Of a stretch of 64,000 nt of DNA, positions 28,090 through 36,521 are shown one piece after another. The notes beneath the pieces are model-generated. The model did not search any database. It saw nothing but the letters and a program-made list of their open reading frames with translations, and was not told the DNA's origin. The stretch lies in contig OY970296.1 of the NCBI GenBank assembly GCA_963716175.1, forward strand, positions 2,496,001-2,560,000, read 5' to 3'. The number at the start of each line of letters is the position of its first letter. Position 1 is the first letter of the stretch. Source of the DNA: an uncultured Armatimonadetes bacterium (lineage in GTDB: Bacteria; Armatimonadota; Hebobacteria; Hebobacterales; Hebobacteraceae). The position numbers and the translations under genes are program-made.

Positions 28090-31008
28090 GTGGCTGACGC
28101 TTGGGTGTGGTTCCGAAGAAGGGCAGTCGGCAAGATCGTGGGAGTGAGTCTGGCGGCCGGGGTTTGCGCAGTGGTGCTGTTCTTTCCCGGCGGCCTGGTG
28201 GTGCGGGCCGAGGAGCAAGCAAAGGCCCCCATATCGGGGACGGCCGCGGTGTGCGCGGGCTGCCACCCCGAGGCGGCACAGAGCTGGGCGAACAGCCTGC
28301 ATCGCCGCACCGTTGGCGCGCCCCAGCTCAAGAGTGAGTGGCAGGGCTGCGCTGCCTGCCATCGCGGCGCCAGCGAGCACCTCGCCGATGTCACTGATGT
28401 GAGCAAGCGGCCCACCCTGGCGAACCTGACCCCGGACCAGATCACCGACCTCTGTCAGACCTGCCACCGCGGCGGCAAGCAGGCGCTGTGGATGCTCTCG
28501 CCGCACTCTCGCACCAAGGAGGCCTGCCTCACCTGTCACGATCCTCACGGTGTCAACCCGGATCACATGCTCAAGGCTCCCGAGGTCGAGCTCTGCCGGC
28601 AGTGCCACCCGACCCAGGTGGCGGAGGGAAATCTGCCCTCCCATCATCCCATCCAAGAAGGGAAGATGACCTGCTCCGACTGCCATAACGTGCATGGAGA
28701 AGAGCGCGGGACTCTGCCAGAGGCCACCAATGGCGAGATGTGCTACCGCTGCCATGCCGACAAGCAGGGCCCTTTCATTGCCGAGCATCCGCCGGTGACC
28801 GAGGATTGCACCATCTGCCACCGGCCGCACGGCTCGCCCGTGGACAACTTACTGGTGGAAGACATGCCCATGCTCTGCCTCCAGTGCCATAGCGGCCACG
28901 GCAGCAACCACCGTGATGCCCTGGTTCCAGTGACCACCGATCCCGCCGGCGTGGCCAACGGCCTGCAGGCCATCGGCGCCTTCTACACCAGGTGCACCAG
29001 TTGCCACAGCCGCATCCACGGCACCGATCTGCTCTCACAGAGGGGGGAACCGGTCTTCATGCCAGGCACTCCGCTCGCGCCGCTGGGATCGGAGGAAATC
29101 GGGACCGCGATGAAGGCCGCCGCCCTTGACCAGAGCCTGTGGGGCTTCAGCTATGTGGACGTGGGGCGGTTCGATCAAGACAACAACCCCCAGTTCGTCC
29201 GGGAGTGGGATGGCAAGGACTACAACGTGCCCACCTCCCGCCTCAGCATCGTCAAGTACGGCCAGCAGGACGACTTGCGTTTCGAGGCCACTGACCTGCC
29301 CCGGGGCGACCAGGAGATCAGGCTGCGTTTCGGCAGCCCGCGCTACGACGTGCAGATCAGGCAGTCCGGCCTTACCCACCGCCTGGGACGTTTCGATGAG
29401 AATGTGGACGTCATGGTCCCGGCCTTCCCGTCGCACGGGAGCAGCACCTATCAGGTCAACACCACTGACCTGACAGACGGCGAGAATGACTTCAGAATAA
29501 ACCGGACCTTGGTAGACGCGCGCCTCGCCGCGCGCTGCCCCAGGCTGCCCTACGCCAAGCTCCTCCTGAACTACTGGCAGGCGGCGGAAACGGGGACCAG
29601 GCAGTTTCTGTTCGTAAGTCATTGCACCGCTTGCCACAAGATCCAGACCGCGGAGCCCATTGACCGCATCACCACCATCACCGAAGGAGGCGCCCAACTC
29701 GATTTCCCCAAGGCCTCTTTGCGCTATCTGCGAGGCCACGAGGAGTTCAGCAACCGCGCTCCCGAGAGCTACTTCACTTTCGCCGGTGCAGGACCGGTCT
29801 TCGCCGGCACTGCCCCCCTCTTCGGGGTGGCCAGCACCCGCGCCGACACCAACGACCTTCGCGGCTCGGCCGCCATTGGCGACCGCGTCAGCGTGGCCGC
29901 GCTATGGCGGACCCGAGACCGGAGGGACCTGCTGGGCAATGGGACGATCAACATCAGCAGCGCCGGCGGCGGCGCCACTTACGCCCTGTCACCCCATCTG
30001 CGGCTGCAGACTAGCGCCTTCCGGCGTCGCCTGAACACGTCGCCGCTGCTCGAGGAGGGCATCGCCCGGGACCGGGATACCACCCGGGCCGACCTGCGGT
30101 TCACCGGCCTGCCCCACACCATTGTCAACGTAGGCTATGAGGTAGAGGCGGTGCGTCGGGCCGACGAGCGGGCGCTGGTGCCGGACAGGAGCGATTCCAG
30201 CATCTGGAGCAGCTCGCTCCTCTTCCGGCCGCTCTCTCGACTCTCACTGCAAGTTCGCTACAGGAATACCAAGACCGATCAGAGGGACTTCTTCGATCCC
30301 ACGGCCCCGCCCGCCCAATTCGGCGCGCGGCTGCTTGGCCTGCCCACCGATGGCACTCTGCTCTCCGCCGTGCTCAGCTATAGCCTGCGCAGCAATACCA
30401 TGCTGAGCGGGATGTACAACCGGCAACGCGACATCTTCGAGGAAACCGCGCCGGAGTTGGGGATCTTCAACCAGGTTGAGCAGGAGACCAGGAGCTGGGG
30501 CAGCCAGCTAGTGCACAACCGCGGGCGCAGCCAGCTCAGCGCCGGCTACTACCGCCAGGACGGCAGCAACCTCACCAACGCCATCTACGGCAAGGATACC
30601 TTCACGCTCGCGCCTCCGCTGGTCGAGTCCTCGGTGGACTTCCCGCCGATTGACTCGCACGTCGCCTACGACTACCGAGCTACCATCGAGACTCTGGACG
30701 GCTCGACCTGGCTGACTTCGCGGGTGCGGCTCTTTGGGCGCTATGCTCGCACCCAGACCGACGGCCGGGAAAGGCTAAACGACCTGGGAGATTATCTCGA
30801 TCAGAACCCTGATCTGAACGGCGTGGCCGTCATCCTGAACCCCTTCGATATCGAGATCCTGGATCGCTGGTGTGGGGTAGGCTACGCCGTAGACAGGGAC
30901 ACCGAAGTAGTGCTCAGTCAGCAGCGTCGCTCCTGGGATGACGCCGCCAATCCCTCCCATGATGGCGCTTACACCCTGTGGCGACTTGGTCTGCGCAAGC
31001 AGTTCTAA
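28090..31008 (+). CDS. DmsE/MtrA-type decaheme cytochrome c fused to an MtrB/GSU2204-like outer-membrane beta-barrel
   Basis: Signal peptide; 10 CxxCH with DmsE-like spacing (SHHPI.EGK..C.DCH, KQGPF..EH.PV.EDC..CH.PHGS, IHG); ~620-aa amphipathic beta region containing an 11th CxxCH; terminal LGLRKQF. Confidence 0.8.
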   Translation: MADAWVWFRRRAVGKIVGVSLAAGVCAVVLFFPGGLVVRAEEQAKAPISGTAAVCAGCHPEAAQSWANSLHRRTVGAPQLKSEWQGCAACHRGASEHLADVTDVSKRPTLANLTPDQITDLCQTCHRGGKQALWMLSPHSRTKEACLTCHDPHGVNPDHMLKAPEVELCRQCHPTQVAEGNLPSHHPIQEGKMTCSDCHNVHGEERGTLPEATNGEMCYRCHADKQGPFIAEHPPVTEDCTICHRPHGSPVDNLLVEDMPMLCLQCHSGHGSNHRDALVPVTTDPAGVANGLQAIGAFYTRCTSCHSRIHGTDLLSQRGEPVFMPGTPLAPLGSEEIGTAMKAAALDQSLWGFSYVDVGRFDQDNNPQFVREWDGKDYNVPTSRLSIVKYGQQDDLRFEATDLPRGDQEIRLRFGSPRYDVQIRQSGLTHRLGRFDENVDVMVPAFPSHGSSTYQVNTTDLTDGENDFRINRTLVDARLAARCPRLPYAKLLLNYWQAAETGTRQFLFVSHCTACHKIQTAEPIDRITTITEGGAQLDFPKASLRYLRGHEEFSNRAPESYFTFAGAGPVFAGTAPLFGVASTRADTNDLRGSAAIGDRVSVAALWRTRDRRDLLGNGTINISSAGGGATYALSPHLRLQTSAFRRRLNTSPLLEEGIARDRDTTRADLRFTGLPHTIVNVGYEVEAVRRADERALVPDRSDSSIWSSSLLFRPLSRLSLQVRYRNTKTDQRDFFDPTAPPAQFGARLLGLPTDGTLLSAVLSYSLRSNTMLSGMYNRQRDIFEETAPELGIFNQVEQETRSWGSQLVHNRGRSQLSAGYYRQDGSNLTNAIYGKDTFTLAPPLVESSVDFPPIDSHVAYDYRATIETLDGSTWLTSRVRLFGRYARTQTDGRERLNDLGDYLDQNPDLNGVAVILNPFDIEILDRWCGVGYAVDRDTEVVLSQQRRSWDDAANPSHDGAYTLWRLGLRKQF

Positions 31009-31107
31009 TGAATGTCGCCCAAAGAAGTAACGGGCGACATTCATCAGAAAGCCAGGGAATGCCTGAAGAAAGACGTTCGCGCAGTGTTACTTCATTGCGC
31101 GAACGTC
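31008..31107. repeat. paired-hairpin repeat (GAAGTAA-loop family), copy B
   Basis: ATGAATGTCGCCC-aaagaagtaac-GGGCGACATTCAT, 27 nt, GACGTTCGCGCA-gtgttacttcat-TGCGCGAACGTC. Confidence 0.8.
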
Positions 31108-31136
31108 GGTAGCTGACCGAGGAGTCTGCTTCCCCT

Positions 31137-32558
31137 TTGCCGAGAGTGACGGAGAGCCTGAGAGAGGGGGGCGCTGCCGCCCAGAGCAGCGCCCCCTCGG
31201 TCGAACGCGGGTCGCCCGCCTCCGGCGGGCTGGCCCGCATGGCCTCGGTGAGGCTGACCCTGTGGCTGCTGGCCGTGCTCACTATCGGCATGGCCCTGGC
31301 GACTCTCATCCCCTGGGGCGTGCACCGCTTCGCGTGGCTGGAGCCGCTGGTGGCGAAGACCACCTTGCGCAACATCTATGGGTCCTGGTGGTTCATCGGT
31401 GCCTTTGGTCTGCTCGCAGTCAACCTGTTGGCGTGCAGCATCCAGCGCACCGGACAGTTGCTGCGCCAAGGCCAGTTGCCGGAGGGACCTATCACCCGGG
31501 CGCAAGTGCTCGCCCGCGGGCATCAGGCGCGCTGGCGCGTCCCGCGGGATGGAGAAGAGGTGGCGAGCATCCTGGCCGCCTCCCTCCATCGGCGCGGCTA
31601 CCAGGTTGCGGCTCTGCCGGGCGAGAACGGTCACCGCGGGCTGGCCGCGAGGCGCGGCCGGCTGGCGCCTTGGGCGCCGGTGATCGTGCATGTCGGGATG
31701 GTGATCGTCCTGCTGGGGGCCGCCTGGGGGCGGCTGCCGAGTCACACCTACCGGACGGCCGCCGCCCTGCAGCCAGGCGAGACCTTCCCGGTCACCATCG
31801 GCGAGGACGCCTTCGGGCTGCGGCTGGTGGACGCCGGCGCCAAGCGCGACGCCAGGGGGCAGCCCAGCGACTTCTGGGCGCGCGTGGAGCTGATGGAGGA
31901 GGGCAGGGCGGTTCGCGCCGAGACCGTCCGGCCCAACCATCCCCTCCGCTACCACTCCGTGAGCATGGTGCTGCAGAGCATCATGCCCGCGGGATATAGC
32001 GTGGAGGTGGCGCGGGGGCAGTCCCGGGGCCTGGTGCCCGTGGTCTTGTCCGAGGAGGGGGTGGTGGACATGATGAGCACTATCCGCCGCCTCGACGACC
32101 CCCCCTGGATCGTGTTCATCCACGATTTCCAGGAGGCGTATGAGCAGAGCCCGGAAGGGCCTGAGGCGAAGGTCTTCATTGACCAGTCCGGCGAGCTGAG
32201 CCACAACTGGCAGCTCGTGGGCTGGGTGGGAGAGCCCGGCCTGGACTATGCCGGGGCTCACTTCCGTCTGGTGCGCGCTGGCAGCGGCGTCCAGCTCTCC
32301 CTGGACCGGGATGTTGGTGTGCCCATCGTCTACCTCGGCTTGGTGGTGACCGCGCTGGGCTCGCTCTTGATCCTCGGAGGCCCGCGCCGGAGCCTGGTGG
32401 CTCTCGTCGCCCCGCGTGGTCGGGGCTCCCAGGTGCTGGTGGGTCTGTCCCGCTCCCGTCGGGGCGGGGATGGTGAGAGGTTGCTGGAGCAGCTGCAGTC
32501 CGAACTTGGGGCCGCCTCGGAGGCGGGGCCGCCCCGGGAAGGTGAGGAGACCAAGTGA
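31137..32558 (+). CDS. resB: cytochrome c biogenesis protein ResB/CcsB (system II)
   Basis: ASVRLT, IYGSWWF, NLLACS, IVHVG, VRPNHPL, RDVGVPIVYLG. Confidence 0.9.
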   Translation: MPRVTESLREGGAAAQSSAPSVERGSPASGGLARMASVRLTLWLLAVLTIGMALATLIPWGVHRFAWLEPLVAKTTLRNIYGSWWFIGAFGLLAVNLLACSIQRTGQLLRQGQLPEGPITRAQVLARGHQARWRVPRDGEEVASILAASLHRRGYQVAALPGENGHRGLAARRGRLAPWAPVIVHVGMVIVLLGAAWGRLPSHTYRTAAALQPGETFPVTIGEDAFGLRLVDAGAKRDARGQPSDFWARVELMEEGRAVRAETVRPNHPLRYHSVSMVLQSIMPAGYSVEVARGQSRGLVPVVLSEEGVVDMMSTIRRLDDPPWIVFIHDFQEAYEQSPEGPEAKVFIDQSGELSHNWQLVGWVGEPGLDYAGAHFRLVRAGSGVQLSLDRDVGVPIVYLGLVVTALGSLLILGGPRRSLVALVAPRGRGSQVLVGLSRSRRGGDGERLLEQLQSELGAASEAGPPREGEETK

Positions 32559-33544
32559 GACGCCAAGCAAGCGAACGGCGGGTCGGCCTGCGCCGCAAGA
32601 GCGTGGCCGGGCTGATCCTGGTGGCGGGGGTGGCACTCGCCCTCCTGGCCGGTCCGCCGGCCCGTGGGGGTGTTCCCGCGGGGGCCAGCTATCTGGGCTC
32701 GAAGCTGTGCGTCGCCTGCCACCAGGCCACCCATCCGCAAGCGGTGGCCGGGTGGGCGACCTCGGCTCACGCTCACACCCTCTGGCCGATTGAGGAGTCT
32801 GACGAGAGCCAGAAGGTGGTGGCCGACTTCGCCAAGAGCGCGTTTCCCAAGGAGCAGGCCGCCTACGTGGTGGGCGCGGGCAACCGCTATCAGGCCTTCC
32901 TGGACAAGGATCTCAAAGTGCTCCCAGGCGAGTGGGCGGCCAAGAGCAAGAGCTGGCGGCCCCGCGAGGCGATGGACGCCAGGCAGGACTGCCTGGGCTG
33001 CCACACCACCGGCTATGACCCGGCCGCCGCCCACTGGGTGGAGCTGGACGTAGCCTGCGAGATGTGCCACGGTCCCGGTTCAGTGCACGCCGGCTCCGCC
33101 GACAAGAAGGAGACCATCGTCATGGTGCAGAGCCTCGACCCGGCGCACCAGGCCATGGTCTGCGGGCAATGCCACTCCCAGGGCCGGAGCAAGGACAGCA
33201 AGTATCCCTTCCCGGTCGGCTTCCGCCCCGGGGATGACCTCGACCAGTTCTTCACCTACACTGAGGAAATCCCCAGGGGCGCCATGAACTCGCAGTACAA
33301 CGAGCTTCGCTTCGGCGGGGGCAAGCACCTGGCCTCAGGCACGGTCTGCACCACCTGCCACGACCCCCACGGCTCGGGCGTGCCCAATGAGCTCCGTGCG
33401 CCCGTGAACCAGCTCTGTCAGAAATGCCACACCAAGCTCACGGGGTCCCAGCATAGCAAGGAGGCGCTTGCCGTGGTGACGTGTGCCGTGTGCCACATGC
33501 CCGGTGGCAAGCACACCTTCGTGCCGCCGAAAGGCCTGCCCTGA
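32555..33544 (+). CDS. periplasmic 7-heme cytochrome c
   Basis: Signal peptide; 7 CxxCH (CVACH, CLGCH, CEMCH, CGQCH, CTTCH, CQKCH, CAVCH). Confidence 0.88.
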   Translation: MRRQASERRVGLRRKSVAGLILVAGVALALLAGPPARGGVPAGASYLGSKLCVACHQATHPQAVAGWATSAHAHTLWPIEESDESQKVVADFAKSAFPKEQAAYVVGAGNRYQAFLDKDLKVLPGEWAAKSKSWRPREAMDARQDCLGCHTTGYDPAAAHWVELDVACEMCHGPGSVHAGSADKKETIVMVQSLDPAHQAMVCGQCHSQGRSKDSKYPFPVGFRPGDDLDQFFTYTEEIPRGAMNSQYNELRFGGGKHLASGTVCTTCHDPHGSGVPNELRAPVNQLCQKCHTKLTGSQHSKEALAVVTCAVCHMPGGKHTFVPPKGLP

Positions 33545-33561
33545 GCGAAGCCGAAGGGATC

Positions 33562-33635
33562 GTAGGGCGGGATTCATCCCCCCATGCAGTAGGGCGGGTC
33601 CGCGACCTGCCCAAGAACAGGTCCGCGACCTGCCT
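33562..33635. repeat. GTAG-type REP-like cluster (GTAGGGCGGG)
   Basis: Two GTAGGGCGGG copies plus direct repeat GGTCCGCGACCTGCC; related copies at 43571, 46953 (inverted), 50093. Confidence 0.6.
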
Positions 33636-33649
33636 AGGAGATTCATCTC

Positions 33650-34609
33650 ATGCTGCGAGCTGAAGAGCTGCTCGTGCAAGCCGCGCTCGGCCTCTACCTG
33701 GCCGCCTTCCTCGGCTACGTGCTAGGGCTTGCGATTGGCTGGAGGAAAGCGGGCAAGGCCGCCACGGCTCTCGCCTGGCTGGGTCTGGTCGCCCAGTCTG
33801 TCATGCTCGTGATGCGCGGCCTGAGCGCCCGGCACGTGCCTCTGGTGAGCATGTACGAATACCTCACCGCTTTCTCCTGGATGGTGGTGCTCGCCTACCT
33901 GGTGTTTCAGGTGTGGGCGGGGCGCGGACCTGCCCTACCGGCCGACAGGGGGGTGCAGGTGGCCACGTCGCCTGAGGCGGCCGCCACGGCGGCCGGAGGC
34001 CTGGCCGCGGCCGCGGTGCCGGCGCTGGCGCTGGCGGTGGGGCTGCTCGCCTACGCCTCCTCCCTTCCCTCCCACCTCAAGCAGGCCGAGAGTCTGATGC
34101 CGGTGCTCAGGAGCGATTGGCTGATCTTCCACGTCTCCGTGGCGGTGATCGGCTACGCCGCCGCCGCGCTCGCCAGCGCTTTGGCGTGCCTCTACTTCGT
34201 CAGCTACTACGGGCTGCGGGCGGGCCCGCAGAGAGGTTCCCCTACGAACTCCAGGAGCTCCCGCTGGATAAGAGATCGGTTGCCTGCCGCACCCCTGCTG
34301 GACGAATACGTCTACCGGGTGGTGCGCTTCGCTTTCCCCTTCCTCACCCTGGTGAATGTGACCGGCGCCATCTGGGCCAACAATGCCTGGGGGCGTTACT
34401 GGGGTTGGGACCCCAAGGAGACCTGGTCACTGATCACCTGGCTGATCTATGTCTTCTATCTTCACGCCCGCCTGCGCGCGGGCTGGCGGGCCCCGCAAAC
34501 CAATGCCGTCGTGGTGGTAGGCATCGGCGCCATCCTGTTCACCTTCCTCGGAGTTAACCAGCTTGCGGCCTTCTCGGACAGCCTGCACTCCTATGCCCCT
34601 GGCGGTTAG
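33650..34609 (+). CDS. ccsA: cytochrome c biogenesis protein CcsA/ResC
   Basis: WWD motif WANNAWGRYWGWDPKETW, WLIFHV, LHSY. Confidence 0.95.
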   Translation: MLRAEELLVQAALGLYLAAFLGYVLGLAIGWRKAGKAATALAWLGLVAQSVMLVMRGLSARHVPLVSMYEYLTAFSWMVVLAYLVFQVWAGRGPALPADRGVQVATSPEAAATAAGGLAAAAVPALALAVGLLAYASSLPSHLKQAESLMPVLRSDWLIFHVSVAVIGYAAAALASALACLYFVSYYGLRAGPQRGSPTNSRSSRWIRDRLPAAPLLDEYVYRVVRFAFPFLTLVNVTGAIWANNAWGRYWGWDPKETWSLITWLIYVFYLHARLRAGWRAPQTNAVVVVGIGAILFTFLGVNQLAAFSDSLHSYAPGG

Positions 34610-36521
34610 CACCGGGAGGGGATCTCAGCACTCTCGCAACCGGGGTGGGCATAGGCGCCAATCCGCTACGCTTCTGCTCGCACTTCGCAGCGAGCGAGCT
34701 TCGCTACTACGCAGAGCAGCAGTGGCAGCGGCCTGGTGGCTGGCGCTCCTCGCCCTCGCCCGTCCCGGCGGCGCCGCCGTCATCTCGCCTGCTGTGCTGC
34801 GGGACAACAGCTTCTGCCTGGGGTGCCATGGGCCGGGCTCGCACGCCAAGGGCGCCCCCAGAGTTGAGCTCGGCGGCCAGGTCCACCAGACTCTGACCTG
34901 CGTGGACTGCCACCAGGAGGTGCGCAGCGTGCCCCATCAGCCCGCTCCGGTGAAGGTGGACTGCGGCCGCTGCCACAGCGAGGCCGCCCAGGAGGAGCTG
35001 CTGCCGGCAAAGGTCAGGATCGCGCCCGCGCTCAGCACCCATGCCGCCGCCAAGCAGCTCGTGCTTCGTAGCGAAGGAGCTCCGCCACTTCGCAGAGTAG
35101 CAAGCGGAGCTATCGGCAAGCCCGCCACACGGCCGGCGGGCAAGCCGGCCTGCCGCGACTGCCACGGCGATCACGACCTGCGCGCCCCTTCCGATCCCAG
35201 TTCCCGGCTCGGGCGCGAACACGTCGTCAGCACCTGCGGCGCTTGTCATCCCCGGATCGCCGCCGAGTATCGGGAGAGCGTGCACGGGCAGGCGCTGCTC
35301 GCCGGCAATCCCGATGTGCCGGCCTGCGACAACTGCCACCCCGAGCACCCAGCGGCGCAGCGGCTCGGCATCTCCCAGAGGGGGGTAGTTGCCACCTGCG
35401 TCTCCTGTCACGAGGACCCGGGGCTCCAGCAGCGCTACGCCATCCCCGGCAACCGATTGGCTAGCTACCTGGGAAGCTATCACGGAGCCGCCACTCAGCT
35501 CGGCGATAGCAGGACCGCGAACTGCGCCAGCTGCCACACCGCCCACCACATACTCCCCTCCAGCGACCCCCGCTCCTCGGTCAACCCGGCCAACCTGCCC
35601 AAGACCTGCGGCCGCTGCCACCCGGGCGCCACCGCTCATTTCGCTGAGGGCAAAATCCACCTTCAGCCTTCACCCAGGCAAGACCGGCCCGTGTTCTACG
35701 TGAAGGTGGCCTACCAGTTGTTCATCGTGGGCTTGATGACGGCCTTCCTGGGCTATATCGGCCTCGACCTGGCGGCCCGCTTCCAGGGCAAGCTCGGCCG
35801 CGGGGAAGCCCACCGGCATAGCCGGGACGAGCCCCAGTTCCAGCGGCTGACCTTCAACCAGCGCCTCCAGCACTGGGCGCTCATTCTCAGCTTCATCACG
35901 CTCCTGCTCACCGGGCTCCCGCTGGCCTCGCCCAAGTCGGCGGTGGCCCAGGGGTTGATCACTTTCCTGGGGGGTATGGGCGTCCGGTCGGCGCTGCACC
36001 GCGCGGCTGCTATCTTGCTGATCGCCATCGTCGGCTATCACGCCGTCTACGTGCTCTTCTCCCGCAAGGGCTACTGGGAGTTCCGTCAACTTCTGCCGGG
36101 CGCCCACGATGGCCTCGATCTGGCCCAGATGCTGGGCTTCTACTTCGGCCTCACCCCCGTCCGCCCCCGGTTTGGCCGCTACAACTACATCGAGAAGTTC
36201 GAGTACCTGGCCGTGGGCTGGGGTTCGGTAGTCATGATCGCCAGCGGGGCCCTGCTCTGGTCGCCACAGGTCAGCCTGATCTTCTTTCCCAAGTGGGTGA
36301 TGGACATCGCGCTGATCGTGCATGGCTGGGAGGCGATCCTGGCCTTTCTGGCGATCATCATCTGGCATATGTACAATGTGCACTTCAACCCATCGGTCTT
36401 CCCCATGAGCAAGGTCTGGCTCACGGGGAAGGTGGGCCTGCGTGAGTTCCGGGAGAACCATCCTCTGGAGTACGAAGCCTATCTCCGCCAGCGGCCGCAG
36501 GCCGAGGGGGAGCAGCCATGA
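34592..36521 (+). CDS. CbcL-like protein: 9-heme cytochrome c fused to FdnI/HydC-type cytochrome b
   Basis: 9 CxxCH, then TM domain with QRLQHW, ALHR, GYH, FGRYNYIEKFEY, VHGWEA, IWHMY, HPLEY; start uncertain. Confidence 0.85.

Noticed and set aside
26700-28445. Long antisense ORFs here and across the window
   Set aside because: Shadow frames expected in high-GC coding DNA; no recognisable motifs
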